In this document: positions 52,901 through 60,390 of the stretch, piece by piece | Position numbering within the stretch: the stretch's first letter is position 1 | Layout: every line of letters starts with the position of its first letter | NCBI GenBank assembly: GCA_028687435.1 | Contig: JAQUAF010000004.1 | Span: 66,344 to 130,343 of the forward strand | Direction: 5' to 3' | Length of the DNA stretch: 64,000 nucleotides | From: Verrucomicrobiia bacterium | GTDB taxonomy: Bacteria; Verrucomicrobiota; Verrucomicrobiia; JABWAM01 | Program-made: the position numbers and the translations under genes | Notes under the pieces: model-generated | Seen by the model: the letters and a program-made list of their open reading frames with translations, nothing else | The model's database searches: none | Told to the model about the DNA's origin: nothing

Positions 52901-55900
52901 ACGACCAGGTGAAAATTCACGGCTACCGGATCGAACTCGGGGAAATCGAACAACGGCTCTCGGCCATCGAGGGAATCTCCCTCTGCGCGGTAAAAGTGTT
53001 TGAAAGGGAAAACTCCAAGTGCCTATGCGCCTATTATTCGCGAATCTCAAAAATATCGGAAAACCAAATCAGGAATCAGCTGGCCGCCGTATTGCCCGAT
53101 TACATGACGCCGGCCTATTATGTCGAGCTCGAGTCGTTTCCCCTGAACACTTCCGGCAAGATTGACCGGAAAGCCTTGCCGTCCCCGGATCTCAGCCTCG
53201 AAAGGGCCGCTTATACCGCCCCTGGCGCCCCTCTGGAAAAAACGCTTTGTGAGACTTTCCAGAAGTTGCTTCACGTGGATAAAATCGGGGTGAATGATGA
53301 TTTCTTCAAAAATGGCGGCGATTCGATTTTGAGCATTCAGCTTTGTTCAGCCCTGAAAAAGGCGGGGATTTCCTGCGCCGTCAAGGATCTCTTCAAAAAT
53401 CCAACGGTCAAAAAGCTCGCCAATCATCTTTCCTCCCCCCAAGGGCCGGCTATTCCGATCATCCGCGAAACCGGCGTGTTGGAAGGGGAATTTGAACTGC
53501 TGCCCATCCAAAAATGGTTTTTTGACAAAGTGGAAAGCGGAAGCTTCGGACGCCCCAACCACTGGAACCAAAGCTTTATGTTGAAGGTTCCGCCGCTTGA
53601 TCCGGAGGCGATAAAAAGGGCCATCAGCGCTCTGACCGGCCATCACGATATGCTCCGGGCCACTTTTAAAGGGAGGACCCAGAAATACAACCCGGCGATT
53701 GCCGTTCCTAAATTAAAGCTTCTCGATCGAAGCGGATTGGCGGACGAAAAACTTTTTGCCATCCTCACCGAATGGCAGAGCGGTTTTGACATTGAGAATG
53801 GGCCTCTTTGGCAGATCGGCTACATCACCGGCTATCCCGACGGCGGCGCCAGGTTGTTTTTCGCTTTTCATCATCTGATCATCGATGCGGTCAGTTGGAG
53901 AATCATCAGCGATGATTTCAGAAGAGTTTATGACGGCGAGCCTTTGAATGAAAAGGGAAGCAGTTACCGGCAATGGGTCCATGAAATGGGGCATTACCGG
54001 CAAACACACAGGGAAGAAGCCGCCTATTGGGAAAATGTCCTGGGCTCGCTTCCCGCCCACCCCATCGCCAATGACCAACACAAAAGCATTCAGCGCACAC
54101 CGTCATTTCGGGAAGTCCGCTTTGAAAAGGAATTCACCGCCCAACTGCTTAAAGAAGCCCATGCCGCTTATGCCACCTCCATCAATGACCTGCTGCTGAC
54201 TGCCGCGGCCTATATGCTTAAAGACTGGCTGGGCGGCGGCCTTCAGGGGATCACCTTGGAAGGACACGGACGGGAAAATATCAATCCTGCCATCGACCAC
54301 AGCCATACCGTGGGCTGGTTCACGAATACTTATCCCGTAAAACTGGAGGTCGGCCGGGATATGTCTGCAACGATCATGGGGATAAAAGAAAACCTGACCC
54401 GCATTCCGAACAAGGGAATCGGTTTCGGGGCCTGCTTGTCCGGCAACAAAAAGCAAAGGCTGCCGCCGATAACCTTTAATTATCTCGGTCAACTCGACGG
54501 CGCCGACGACGTCAATACCTGGCCCTTTGCGGCCGAACCAGCGGGACAAAGCACCGCGGCGGAAAATAGCGACACCAGCCTGATTGCCATGAATGGGTTT
54601 GTCGCGGAGGGAGAACTCCGTTTCCAGTTCATGACCAACCTGGGAGAACAGGCAACCGCCCAATGCGCCCAAAACTTTGAGCGGACGCTCAAAACGGTGG
54701 TTGAGCATTGTCTTGCCGCGCGGCGAACCGGCGCCCCGGCCGTCCAACAAACGGCGGAATTCGAGTATGTGCCCTGCCTTTTATTGAACCAGGAAGCCCG
54801 CTCGAATAAATTGATGATCATGGTTCATCCGGATTCCGGTTATGAGGCCTATATGGCTTCGCTGTATCCTGCGCTCTCCAGTGACATCAAGGTCATTCTT
54901 ATCGATAACTACTACAAAAAAGTTTATCTGCAAAACGGCGTCACGTTGGCCAAAAGCGATCTCAACGGCTTCAAGGATTTGGCGGATTATTACATCAAAC
55001 TCCTGTTTGCCAAAGAAAGGGAGCTGTTGGAACAATCCGCCTGTTCACTGCTGGGTTACAGCTTTGGCTGTCCGATCGCATGGGAAATGCACCGCATCCT
55101 CAAGGGCCATGCCATCGCCGTTAACGACCTCTACATGGTCGACCCCCTGCTGCCGTCCTTGCTGAAAACCAAACGACGGCTGAATTGCTTCTCATGGTAC
55201 GAGGAATATCTTCCGGCGCCGACGGAAACGCCCGTGATCCATTTCCATTGCACGGTTCCCGATCCGTCCATTCCGGGTTATGCCGAGCATTTCACGGACA
55301 AAGAAAATTATTCCCTGCGATCCATCGCCCAAAACCTGCGGGAATATGAAATAAAGTGCCACCATACCGGCATCCTCAACAATCCCGACTTTATAAAAAC
55401 TTTCCAAACGACGGCGAACAGCGGTTGGGTCATTAAGGATGAAAGCGCAAGACAGACCACAGGCAGAGGCGGCGACATCCAACGGATTGAACTCGCGGTA
55501 AGGGAAATCCTGTCAAAGATTATGAGGCCGGAAAAAGAATTGGCCGGCGCAGAAAACCTTTTCCACCAGGGGTGCGCTTCCATCCAGACGTTGTCGATCC
55601 TGGCCATGGTCAATGATCGATTCCGGCTGTCCATGTCTCTGCCTGACATCATCCGAAACTTTACCATCGACGGCCTGGCCGCCTTGATCGCCAAGAACGA
55701 GGTTGTCCGAAAAAGCGATCCCGTCTGGGAACCTGTGGTGTTCAAAAGCCGGAATCCGGATGCCGCCAATCTGTATTTCCTCCCCGGTTTTATCGGATCG
55801 GTGGGTTCCTACAGTCGAATCTGCTCCGGCTTGTCCAGGCTTTTCAATGTCATCTTCATGGAACCCAAGGGAATGTATGGCGATATGACGCCTTTTGCCT

Positions 55901-56550
55901 CCCCGGCCGAAGCGCTCGCCGTTTATGCAAGCGAGATCACCCAAAGAAATAAGATCGATTCTCCCGTTTTCCTGGCCGGCCACTCGGTGGGTTCGGTTCA
56001 TTCATTGGATCTGGCGATCAAACTGGAGGAAATGGGATACCGGAAGGTGGGCCTGATCAATATCGACGGTTACTTGCACAAGATGGAAAGTCTCATGCAA
56101 TCGTTCAGAACCCTCAATTTGGATGCGGCCCTGGTGGCGGCGATAAAAAGATTCTTCAAGGAAAACCCGGCAAAGGAATCCGCCCTGGCGCCGCAGGATC
56201 CGGTGCGGGAAATCGCCTCGATTTTGTTCCCATCGCCGGAGGTGAGCCGGGATTACGCCTTAAGGGTTGCCCTGGGATACCGCAATATCTGGCATCAGCA
56301 AATTGACGACATCATCAAATACAACGAGCCCTCCCGGAAATTCGCCGGCAAGCCCCTGGCGTTCATCACTCTGGATTCGGATAAAAAAATCCAGGAGATG
56401 ATCCTGCGCTCATGCCATGAGCGCTACGCCGGCAAGTTTCAACTCCATTATATTGAGGGAGACCACTTGAGTTGCATTATCAAGCAGGAACTCATCGAGA
56501 AAGTTGTCAATCTTGTCTCCCAATGGAAAGAGTCCTCAAGCGTTTTTTAG
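46957..56550 (+). CDS. Non-ribosomal peptide synthetase, two modules plus termination region (dock-C-A-T-C-A-T-E-TE-T-TE)
   Basis: 3197 aa. N-terminal TubC-like docking domain (LGLFRDLKKRNISLWCEAGKLKAFLPKGG). C motifs HHLAVDGWS and HHIAFDGWS. A cores IIYTSGSTGRPKGV and VIYTSGSTGQPKGV. T domains FFKLGGHSIL and FFKNGGDSIL. Epimerisation domain motifs E1-E7 (PIQKWFF; HHLIIDAVSWRI; EGHGRE; HTVGWFTNTYP; FNYLGQ). Thioesterase GYSFG, a degenerate carrier-like segment (LFHQGCASIQ) and a second alpha/beta-hydrolase TE (GHSVG). Confidence 0.92.
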   Translation: MNILGLFRDLKKRNISLWCEAGKLKAFLPKGGSLAAGEKGFIDENKPEILRILQENGIQAKEDFPGREIYRNVLAKGNWGLSYAQERLWFLEQYEGGSSAYNVPLLLDLGAGVDLPAFKQSVERVAARHEVLRTVFRKDSAGNDYQCILPGTPAIHEERLLEKDLPARLKQNINSVFDLVHEGPLKVWLLRTERTVYALINLHHLAVDGWSMGILTAELENFYQAGMENREPKLAGLDIQYKDFSLWQKDCLSGEELARNLAFWKKRLEGYEPLDFPTDFPRPSRVDYAGEYVPFELDEKLSVSLKKLAAQKGTTLYVVLLSAFYLLLHKYTAQSSLVVGTVAANRNHKQLENLIGFFVNSLVLNIQIDRESTFDRLIDQVKSLLVDGQTFQELPFEKLVELLKLEHDPSRHPIFQIMFGGMGFGENKQRLFREVPLDSHYKPAKFDLSLFIDERDSALKGTFNYRVALFKEETIRRLKDHFVNILGQIAKNSAVPIKEISFLSNREYETLIYEWNKTDAAYPQSRTIIELFEEQAKENPDQPAILCQGECLTYRELNEKTNQLAHTIRKVFHEFNGTPIAGDTLIGIYIDRSVEMALAILGILKAGAAYVPFDSADPQDRLKFKVNDCGCKMVLTTANNLEDLVFLAETDTIPFSVDGYMDEIRKAPTSNPGRVNGPENLAYIIYTSGSTGRPKGVMLEHRSVINYIENFKNATAPGKKIVDLSSSLSFDLTVTTTLVPLATGSTIAIYPGNLQDIDGYMKHLAACGVTFVKTVPSLLYLLLQREKPASLAEIFVGGEKLKRELLAHREGLTIYDEYGPTEATVGTTLANVFPLNQNGIGKPYHHYKVYILDAGLKPVPIGVKGELFIGGACLARGYFNRPELTQERFIANPFATAGEKQKGLNARIYKTGDIVRWLPDGNIEYLGRNDDQVKIRGFRIELGEIEQRLSEHPSIEHCAVVCKEVNANKYLIAYYVASRELTSDTLQDDLSRILPEHMIPSCFIALPEMPLTVNGKVNHKALPSPDFRGDANDFQPPRNDAEALLCRLWKEILGIDKVGINDDFFKLGGHSILAIKLCHRMTKELQREIPIAALFEKKTIKGISSALPLFKRLVAIKHYAETEAILSFAQERLYFIEEYERGSKAYNIPILLELDPSVDLRALRESLRSIVDRHEVLRTVFAKNEQGIVYQKVKTGPLEIAEINVAEADFPRQASERINIAFDLHLEYPIRATLLSTDRRRCLLVNIHHIAFDGWSADIFLRELNAFYRHHREGVPHGLPPLEIQYKDFALWQRDCLSGENLERELAYWKNNLQDCETLELPVDKPRPPEVDYHGDYFAFNLDEDISRQARQCAKKYGTTPYTVFLSAFYILLHKYSGQSDIVVGAPTANRHYAQLENLIGFFVNSTPMRFRLAQTPDIKSLMENTAASLADMQSHQDLPFEKLVDLLGVPKDPSRHPLIQVMFSVQSFGSLDQKNGPGLFKNIDTTESYKIAKYDLSLFIDDSQERFSCGFNYATSLFTRAAIERMASHYNAVLRAFLSGENRRIKDINLLTGDEFETIIRNWNKTALDYGRDQTIAEAFEAQAMKTPGQTALVFGGEKLTYRQLNQQANQIAAALKKDYLQNFGEAIKPGALVGLYLDRSVQMIAAILGILKAGAAYVPFDRADPAGRLQYKIEDCACKMMLTSSACAADLAFLPPGRPARWEIDRHTTEIAAQPDSNPNRINRATDLAYVIYTSGSTGQPKGVMLEHYGVINLAASHRQSFNIGEQSTILQFAPVSFDASVSTLFTTLLNGGTLCLCPEETRKDTQKLGELIVQNRVTLIDIPARLLEVFPRDLDLSHLRCIITAGEVCDQKTMDYWSGKVRLINAYGPTEGAVCATFSIHAKGKSNKNIGKPIGNKKVYVLNSDLTPLPVGAPGELYLGGDGLARGYLNRPEITRERFMANPFLKEGGPTPREARIYKTGDLVRWLDNGELEFLGRNDDQVKIHGYRIELGEIEQRLSAIEGISLCAVKVFERENSKCLCAYYSRISKISENQIRNQLAAVLPDYMTPAYYVELESFPLNTSGKIDRKALPSPDLSLERAAYTAPGAPLEKTLCETFQKLLHVDKIGVNDDFFKNGGDSILSIQLCSALKKAGISCAVKDLFKNPTVKKLANHLSSPQGPAIPIIRETGVLEGEFELLPIQKWFFDKVESGSFGRPNHWNQSFMLKVPPLDPEAIKRAISALTGHHDMLRATFKGRTQKYNPAIAVPKLKLLDRSGLADEKLFAILTEWQSGFDIENGPLWQIGYITGYPDGGARLFFAFHHLIIDAVSWRIISDDFRRVYDGEPLNEKGSSYRQWVHEMGHYRQTHREEAAYWENVLGSLPAHPIANDQHKSIQRTPSFREVRFEKEFTAQLLKEAHAAYATSINDLLLTAAAYMLKDWLGGGLQGITLEGHGRENINPAIDHSHTVGWFTNTYPVKLEVGRDMSATIMGIKENLTRIPNKGIGFGACLSGNKKQRLPPITFNYLGQLDGADDVNTWPFAAEPAGQSTAAENSDTSLIAMNGFVAEGELRFQFMTNLGEQATAQCAQNFERTLKTVVEHCLAARRTGAPAVQQTAEFEYVPCLLLNQEARSNKLMIMVHPDSGYEAYMASLYPALSSDIKVILIDNYYKKVYLQNGVTLAKSDLNGFKDLADYYIKLLFAKERELLEQSACSLLGYSFGCPIAWEMHRILKGHAIAVNDLYMVDPLLPSLLKTKRRLNCFSWYEEYLPAPTETPVIHFHCTVPDPSIPGYAEHFTDKENYSLRSIAQNLREYEIKCHHTGILNNPDFIKTFQTTANSGWVIKDESARQTTGRGGDIQRIELAVREILSKIMRPEKELAGAENLFHQGCASIQTLSILAMVNDRFRLSMSLPDIIRNFTIDGLAALIAKNEVVRKSDPVWEPVVFKSRNPDAANLYFLPGFIGSVGSYSRICSGLSRLFNVIFMEPKGMYGDMTPFASPAEALAVYASEITQRNKIDSPVFLAGHSVGSVHSLDLAIKLEEMGYRKVGLINIDGYLHKMESLMQSFRTLNLDAALVAAIKRFFKENPAKESALAPQDPVREIASILFPSPEVSRDYALRVALGYRNIWHQQIDDIIKYNEPSRKFAGKPLAFITLDSDKKIQEMILRSCHERYAGKFQLHYIEGDHLSCIIKQELIEKVVNLVSQWKESSSVF
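51646..52958. repeat. 1313-bp near-identical direct repeat (copy 2) covering the adenylation domain of NRPS2 module 2
   Basis: See copy 1 (45128..46440). Protein-level difference is a single residue (GGPTLREA vs GGPTPREA). Confidence 0.9.
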
Positions 56551-56714
56551 AAGATGCGCGAAAAGGATCGCGCCATTCGCAATGCTGATTTTCCCAACAG
56601 TCTTTTTCTCACCGCACAGTCTTCAAAAAAATCCAAACTTTAATCTTGAACTTGGCGCATTGCCCCTTGACCCTTGAATCTTAAACCGCGAGGCCGCATT
56701 GCCTTGCCAGAACC

Positions 56715-57023
56715 ATGTTTAACTATCATTTTCAAGAAGGCCCGGAAAAAACGCTTGTCATTGTCATGGCAGGCGAACTGGATACCCTTGCGGCACAACC
56801 GATCCAAAAAGAGATTGAGCTTTATAAGGGAAAAAACTACGAGAAAGTCTTGTTCGAAATGTCCAATCTGACCTACATGGCCAGTTCCGGGCTGCGGGTT
56901 ATTTTTTATGCCCAAAAGAATTTGGGTGAAAATGTAAAAATTGAAATCAAAGGGGCCAAGGAACTGGTGGCTAAAATACTGCAAATCAGCGGCATGTCGA
57001 AATATGTGACGACCGTTCCGTAG
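56715..57023 (+). CDS. STAS-domain protein (anti-sigma-factor antagonist, SpoIIAA-like)
   Basis: 102 aa. VIVMAGELDTLAAQPIQKEI...LTYMASSGLRVI is a typical STAS fold sequence with a phosphorylatable Ser region. Confidence 0.65.
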   Translation: MFNYHFQEGPEKTLVIVMAGELDTLAAQPIQKEIELYKGKNYEKVLFEMSNLTYMASSGLRVIFYAQKNLGENVKIEIKGAKELVAKILQISGMSKYVTTVP

Positions 57024-57105
57024 CGCGGGAACAAGTCGTCCAGAGGCCGACCCTCCATTGATTTCCAATTGGAGGAGAATGGAGAGCGGGACTCCTGCAC
57101 GGTTT

Positions 57106-57131
57106 GGCTTCAGGTAGTCTGAAGCCTGATT
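57106..57131 (+). terminator. Putative intrinsic terminator between convergent STAS and MFS genes
   Basis: GGCTTCAG-GTAGT-CTGAAGCC hairpin followed by TGATTTTATGG. A degenerate family-A repeat lies just upstream (57048-57104). Confidence 0.4.
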
Positions 57132-58601
57132 TTATGGTTCCGGCTTGTCCGGGTTGGGGATAGACGCCAAATTTTTCATCGCCGATCGGATCACGGCATA
57201 GCCGGATAAAATGGTTAACCCGGCAACCAGAAAGATCAAACCCCGGCTGGCGGCCATCAGTTGGCCGAGAATCAATGCGCTCGCAAACCACATGAGGGAG
57301 TAGATCTGTCCCAACCCGCCCATCACAACCCCCTGTTCGCCCGGTTTGGCAATATTGGAGTAAAGCGTGGTAAGTCCCAATTGGACAAACGGCAGGGCGA
57401 GAAAAAACAACAGAGCCACAGTCCAGAGTTCAAAGGGCAGAAGCGAGCCTCTTCTTAAATCGGAGACAAACAGGAAGAGGAACAGCAGGCCTTGGGCCAG
57501 AAGGCTGAACAAAATCAACTTGCGGTAATCGAAGTGTTTCAGGGCGCCGGGCTGAAGAAAAAAAACGCTTACCCCCAGGGACAGGGCCACAAAAATAAAA
57601 AACACCCCGATGTCAGACGGGGAATATCCGAAGACATGGGCCAGATAAAGGGAAATGGATTGGAGAAAAAGCCCGAAGCCGAAATAAAAAAAAGAATAGC
57701 CCAGGTTCAACTTTTTCAGCGCGGTTGACCGCAGCAAATAGGTGATGGACGCAAAAATGTTCCGCCATGGCGAAGCCGTTTGATCATTCAAGACACAGGG
57801 CGCAGTCTCGGCAAAAACAAAAAACAGCATGACCCCATTCACCAGCGACAAAAACGCGGCCAGAAAAAAGGGAAGAGCCAGGGGAAAAGGAAACGGTATC
57901 AAATGAATCCCGGAGGAAATGGCCGGCCCCAGGATAAACCCGGCAATATTGGCGATCACGGGCCATTTGAAATTGCTGAGCTTGCTCCGCGTGTCCGCGC
58001 TGATATCGGAAATAACCGCATTGGCAATGACCAGGGTGCCGCAACAAAAACCGCTGACAGCCCGGGCCGACAAAAAAAGCAAATAACTGCCGATGACGAT
58101 GCTCCATGCTCCCAGGAAATAGCCGGCGACAATGCCGGCCAAACCGGCCAAAATCAATTTTCGCCGTCCGTAAAAGTCCGACAGCCCGCCAAGAATCGGC
58201 ATGCCGAAAAAACTCAAAAGAGGGAAGGCTGCAAAGGCCATCCCGTAAAGAATATCCCGGGACAAGAAAATCTCATCGGCTTGGATAAGCCCTTGGACGG
58301 GGTCAAGAAACAGCTTGGGCATGAGGGGATAAATGATAGCCACCCCCAGCGCATCGATAAAAATCAGCGAATAAAGCGCAAACAGCCTTTTGTTCAAAAT
58401 GCCCCTAGCCTTCGCAGAGATAAAAGTGTTTTTCCCACTGTTTAAAATGTTTCTTTTGAAACAGGCTTCCAGACACAAACCAGCGCCTCCAGCAAACCAA
58501 CGACAAGCAACACCAGGAATGTTTTTTTCATGGAAGGGACGCCCATCAGAGTTTTTCGCCGCTTTGTTTCCCTTCATAGCGCCATCCAGGGCGGAATTCA
58601 A
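57132..58601 (-). CDS. MFS transporter (DHA/TetA-like drug:H+ antiporter family), probable exporter for the NRPS product
   Basis: 12-14 predicted TM helices. Motif-A-like GGLSDFYGRRKLILAG. The start is uncertain: the ORF maximum is 58601, and internal ATGs are possible. Confidence 0.75.
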   Translation of the reverse strand: MNSALDGAMKGNKAAKNSDGRPFHEKNIPGVACRWFAGGAGLCLEACFKRNILNSGKNTFISAKARGILNKRLFALYSLIFIDALGVAIIYPLMPKLFLDPVQGLIQADEIFLSRDILYGMAFAAFPLLSFFGMPILGGLSDFYGRRKLILAGLAGIVAGYFLGAWSIVIGSYLLFLSARAVSGFCCGTLVIANAVISDISADTRSKLSNFKWPVIANIAGFILGPAISSGIHLIPFPFPLALPFFLAAFLSLVNGVMLFFVFAETAPCVLNDQTASPWRNIFASITYLLRSTALKKLNLGYSFFYFGFGLFLQSISLYLAHVFGYSPSDIGVFFIFVALSLGVSVFFLQPGALKHFDYRKLILFSLLAQGLLFLFLFVSDLRRGSLLPFELWTVALLFFLALPFVQLGLTTLYSNIAKPGEQGVVMGGLGQIYSLMWFASALILGQLMAASRGLIFLVAGLTILSGYAVIRSAMKNLASIPNPDKPEP

Positions 58602-58635
58602 TCATGAACCGCCGGCAGCGCATTCCCAGGTACCT

Positions 58636-58989
58636 TCAATTCGCGACGCAACGAAATTTTTTTCGATTTTTTTGAAAATCCTTGATCAAAAATCGGATGT
58701 GATCCATGAGCTCCTTTTGGCGCTTTGTCAGACACTCAACATCGACCCGGTAACGTTCGACAGACAACAGACGTGGTTCCGCAAGCCGTTCGGCATCCGC
58801 ATCCAGCTTGGCATGAATGGTTTCAACGGCAAGTTTGGGAATGGCATTCTCGAAAAAATATTCGCGCCGGATGAATTGCCTGCTGGTCTCAATCGACCAA
58901 TCGAGATGACAAATCCGATCGCCGTCCAGATAAACCCCCAATCCCGTGCCTCCGCAGGATTCCTCCGATGTCGGCCCCTCAAGATGCAA
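58636..58989 (-). CDS. Hypothetical small protein upstream of the MFS transporter (weak call)
   Basis: 117-aa ORF on the same strand, ending 35 nt before the MFS ORF. Protein-like composition, no recognised domain. Competes with a low-complexity plus-strand frame. Confidence 0.25.
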   Translation of the reverse strand: MHLEGPTSEESCGGTGLGVYLDGDRICHLDWSIETSRQFIRREYFFENAIPKLAVETIHAKLDADAERLAEPRLLSVERYRVDVECLTKRQKELMDHIRFLIKDFQKNRKKFRCVAN

Positions 58990-59141
58990 AAGCGACGATT
59001 TATCGGACTCAAAACGCGATTGCAGACAAGCTCAATTTGCCCCCCCCTGCGCCCGCTCATTGCCCGGCTTGCGCGGAATTGTATTGGCCTCCCATATCAG
59101 TTATATTTTCCTGATGTTCAGAAAACTCAAATCCGCGGCAT

Positions 59142-59796
59142 GTCTCCCCCCATCGTTCATGACGCCGCCAAAAAATCCTGTCAAAAAATTCAATCGCAAC
59201 TTTTCTTTCACCCAAAAACTTTGAATTCCCCAGACATTCAATCAAAAAAACCGACATCACGCCGCATTGCATGGTTCTTTGTGATCCTTGGATTGTCGTG
59301 GTCTGTTTGGGTCAGTCCAAAAACCCCGGTTGAATTCTTTGATGCCGCTGTCCGGGACGCAAACATCCTCACCAAGCGCGACATGGAATTGTTCAATAAA
59401 ATTGACCCGGCAAAGGCGGCTGACGTCCGGAAAATTGAAGAGATGAATTCCCTCCGCGCCCGCATGGAACGGATTTCGCTCGTCCACGATTGGTTGAACC
59501 ATCCGAAATACGTCCGCGAACAACGATCCGACATCGTCTGGGGATTCTATACGGCCCATTCAGGCACGGAAACTGTCCTTTTGGCAAAAAACCCGGAATA
59601 TCTCTCTTTATCGGAGAAATTTGAGACGCTCAAAACGGAGGTCAAGTCCAGGAAACTTTTAAAGGCAGCCAGCAGCCTCAGTCATGAACTGGAAAAAGAC
59701 CCTCGTCGCAAAACGGATGACTTCCGCATACAAATGCAACGGTTCCTATTGAGAGAATTTCAGGCCCGCATTTTCTGGTGGGGGAACAACCCATGA
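59142..59796 (+). CDS. Hypothetical membrane-anchored protein (weak call)
   Basis: C-terminal part of track ORF 58390..59796, taken from the in-frame ATG at 59142. A TM helix (IAWFFVILGLSWSVWV) is followed by a charged helical domain. Its stop overlaps the next gene (ATGA). Confidence 0.3.
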
Positions 59797-60242
59797 CTCC
59801 CTTTCTTGCCGATGTCGTGTGGCCGGCCCTCATTCTTTCCGTCCGCCTCCTGGCATGGTGGTGCATCGCCGCGAGTCTCGTTCTTGAAGCGATGGCGCTC
59901 TGGCATTTCATGGGAATCCGTCCCGTCAAGGCATTCGCGGCATCCGTCGCAATGAACACCGTTTCCGCATTTTTCGGCGCCCTGCTTCTGCCCATGGCCG
60001 GAATCTGGTGGGAAACGCTCGCAAGCTTTCCCTGTCTTGCGTGGCTGGGACACGGAACATTCCATCCCATTTCCTGGATTGCCACCTGCTTGATTGCCAT
60101 CGCAATAAGCACCCTCATCGAAACATTCGTCCTCTGGCTCGTTTTTCTCATGCCATGGACACGCCGTCTTGCGGCGGTGATTCTGCTCGCCAACGGGGCC
60201 ACGGTCATCCCCGCCGTTTTGGCCATCTTCTTCTTGAAATGA
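59793..60242 (+). CDS. Hypothetical integral membrane protein (4 TM)
   Basis: MTPFLADVVWPALILSVRLLAWWCIAASLVLEAMALWHFMGI... is strongly hydrophobic. Translationally coupled to the upstream ORF. Confidence 0.4.
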   Translation: MTPFLADVVWPALILSVRLLAWWCIAASLVLEAMALWHFMGIRPVKAFAASVAMNTVSAFFGALLLPMAGIWWETLASFPCLAWLGHGTFHPISWIATCLIAIAISTLIETFVLWLVFLMPWTRRLAAVILLANGATVIPAVLAIFFLK

Positions 60243-60390
60243 AAAATTGAGACCGTGGCAATGACCGCTTTCGCGGGAATGACGAAGAAGAAAGAATGAC
60301 GAAGAAAGAAAAGAAATGATGAATTCGGGTAAAATCAGATGGAACCCTGCCAAAGACATTTTCCCCCGTCGGGGATAGAGTCGGAGAAAG

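Noticed and set aside
45128-52958. Interpreting the duplicated 1.3-kb segment as a transposon or IS
   Set aside because: It is in-frame coding sequence for an adenylation domain in both copies, with no TIRs or transposase. It is an intragenic domain-level duplication, with assembly artefact as the alternative explanation.
56600-56714. Sigma-54 promoter upstream of the STAS gene (TTGGCGCATTGCC)
   Set aside because: The spacing between the GG and GC elements does not fit the TGGCAC-N5-TTGC consensus.
58390-59141. N-terminal 250 aa of track ORF 58390..59796
   Set aside because: The first 210 nt are antisense to the MFS transporter. The remainder is Pro/Arg-rich and low-complexity, and competes with a more protein-like minus-strand ORF. 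Only the part from ATG 59142 is retained, at low confidence.
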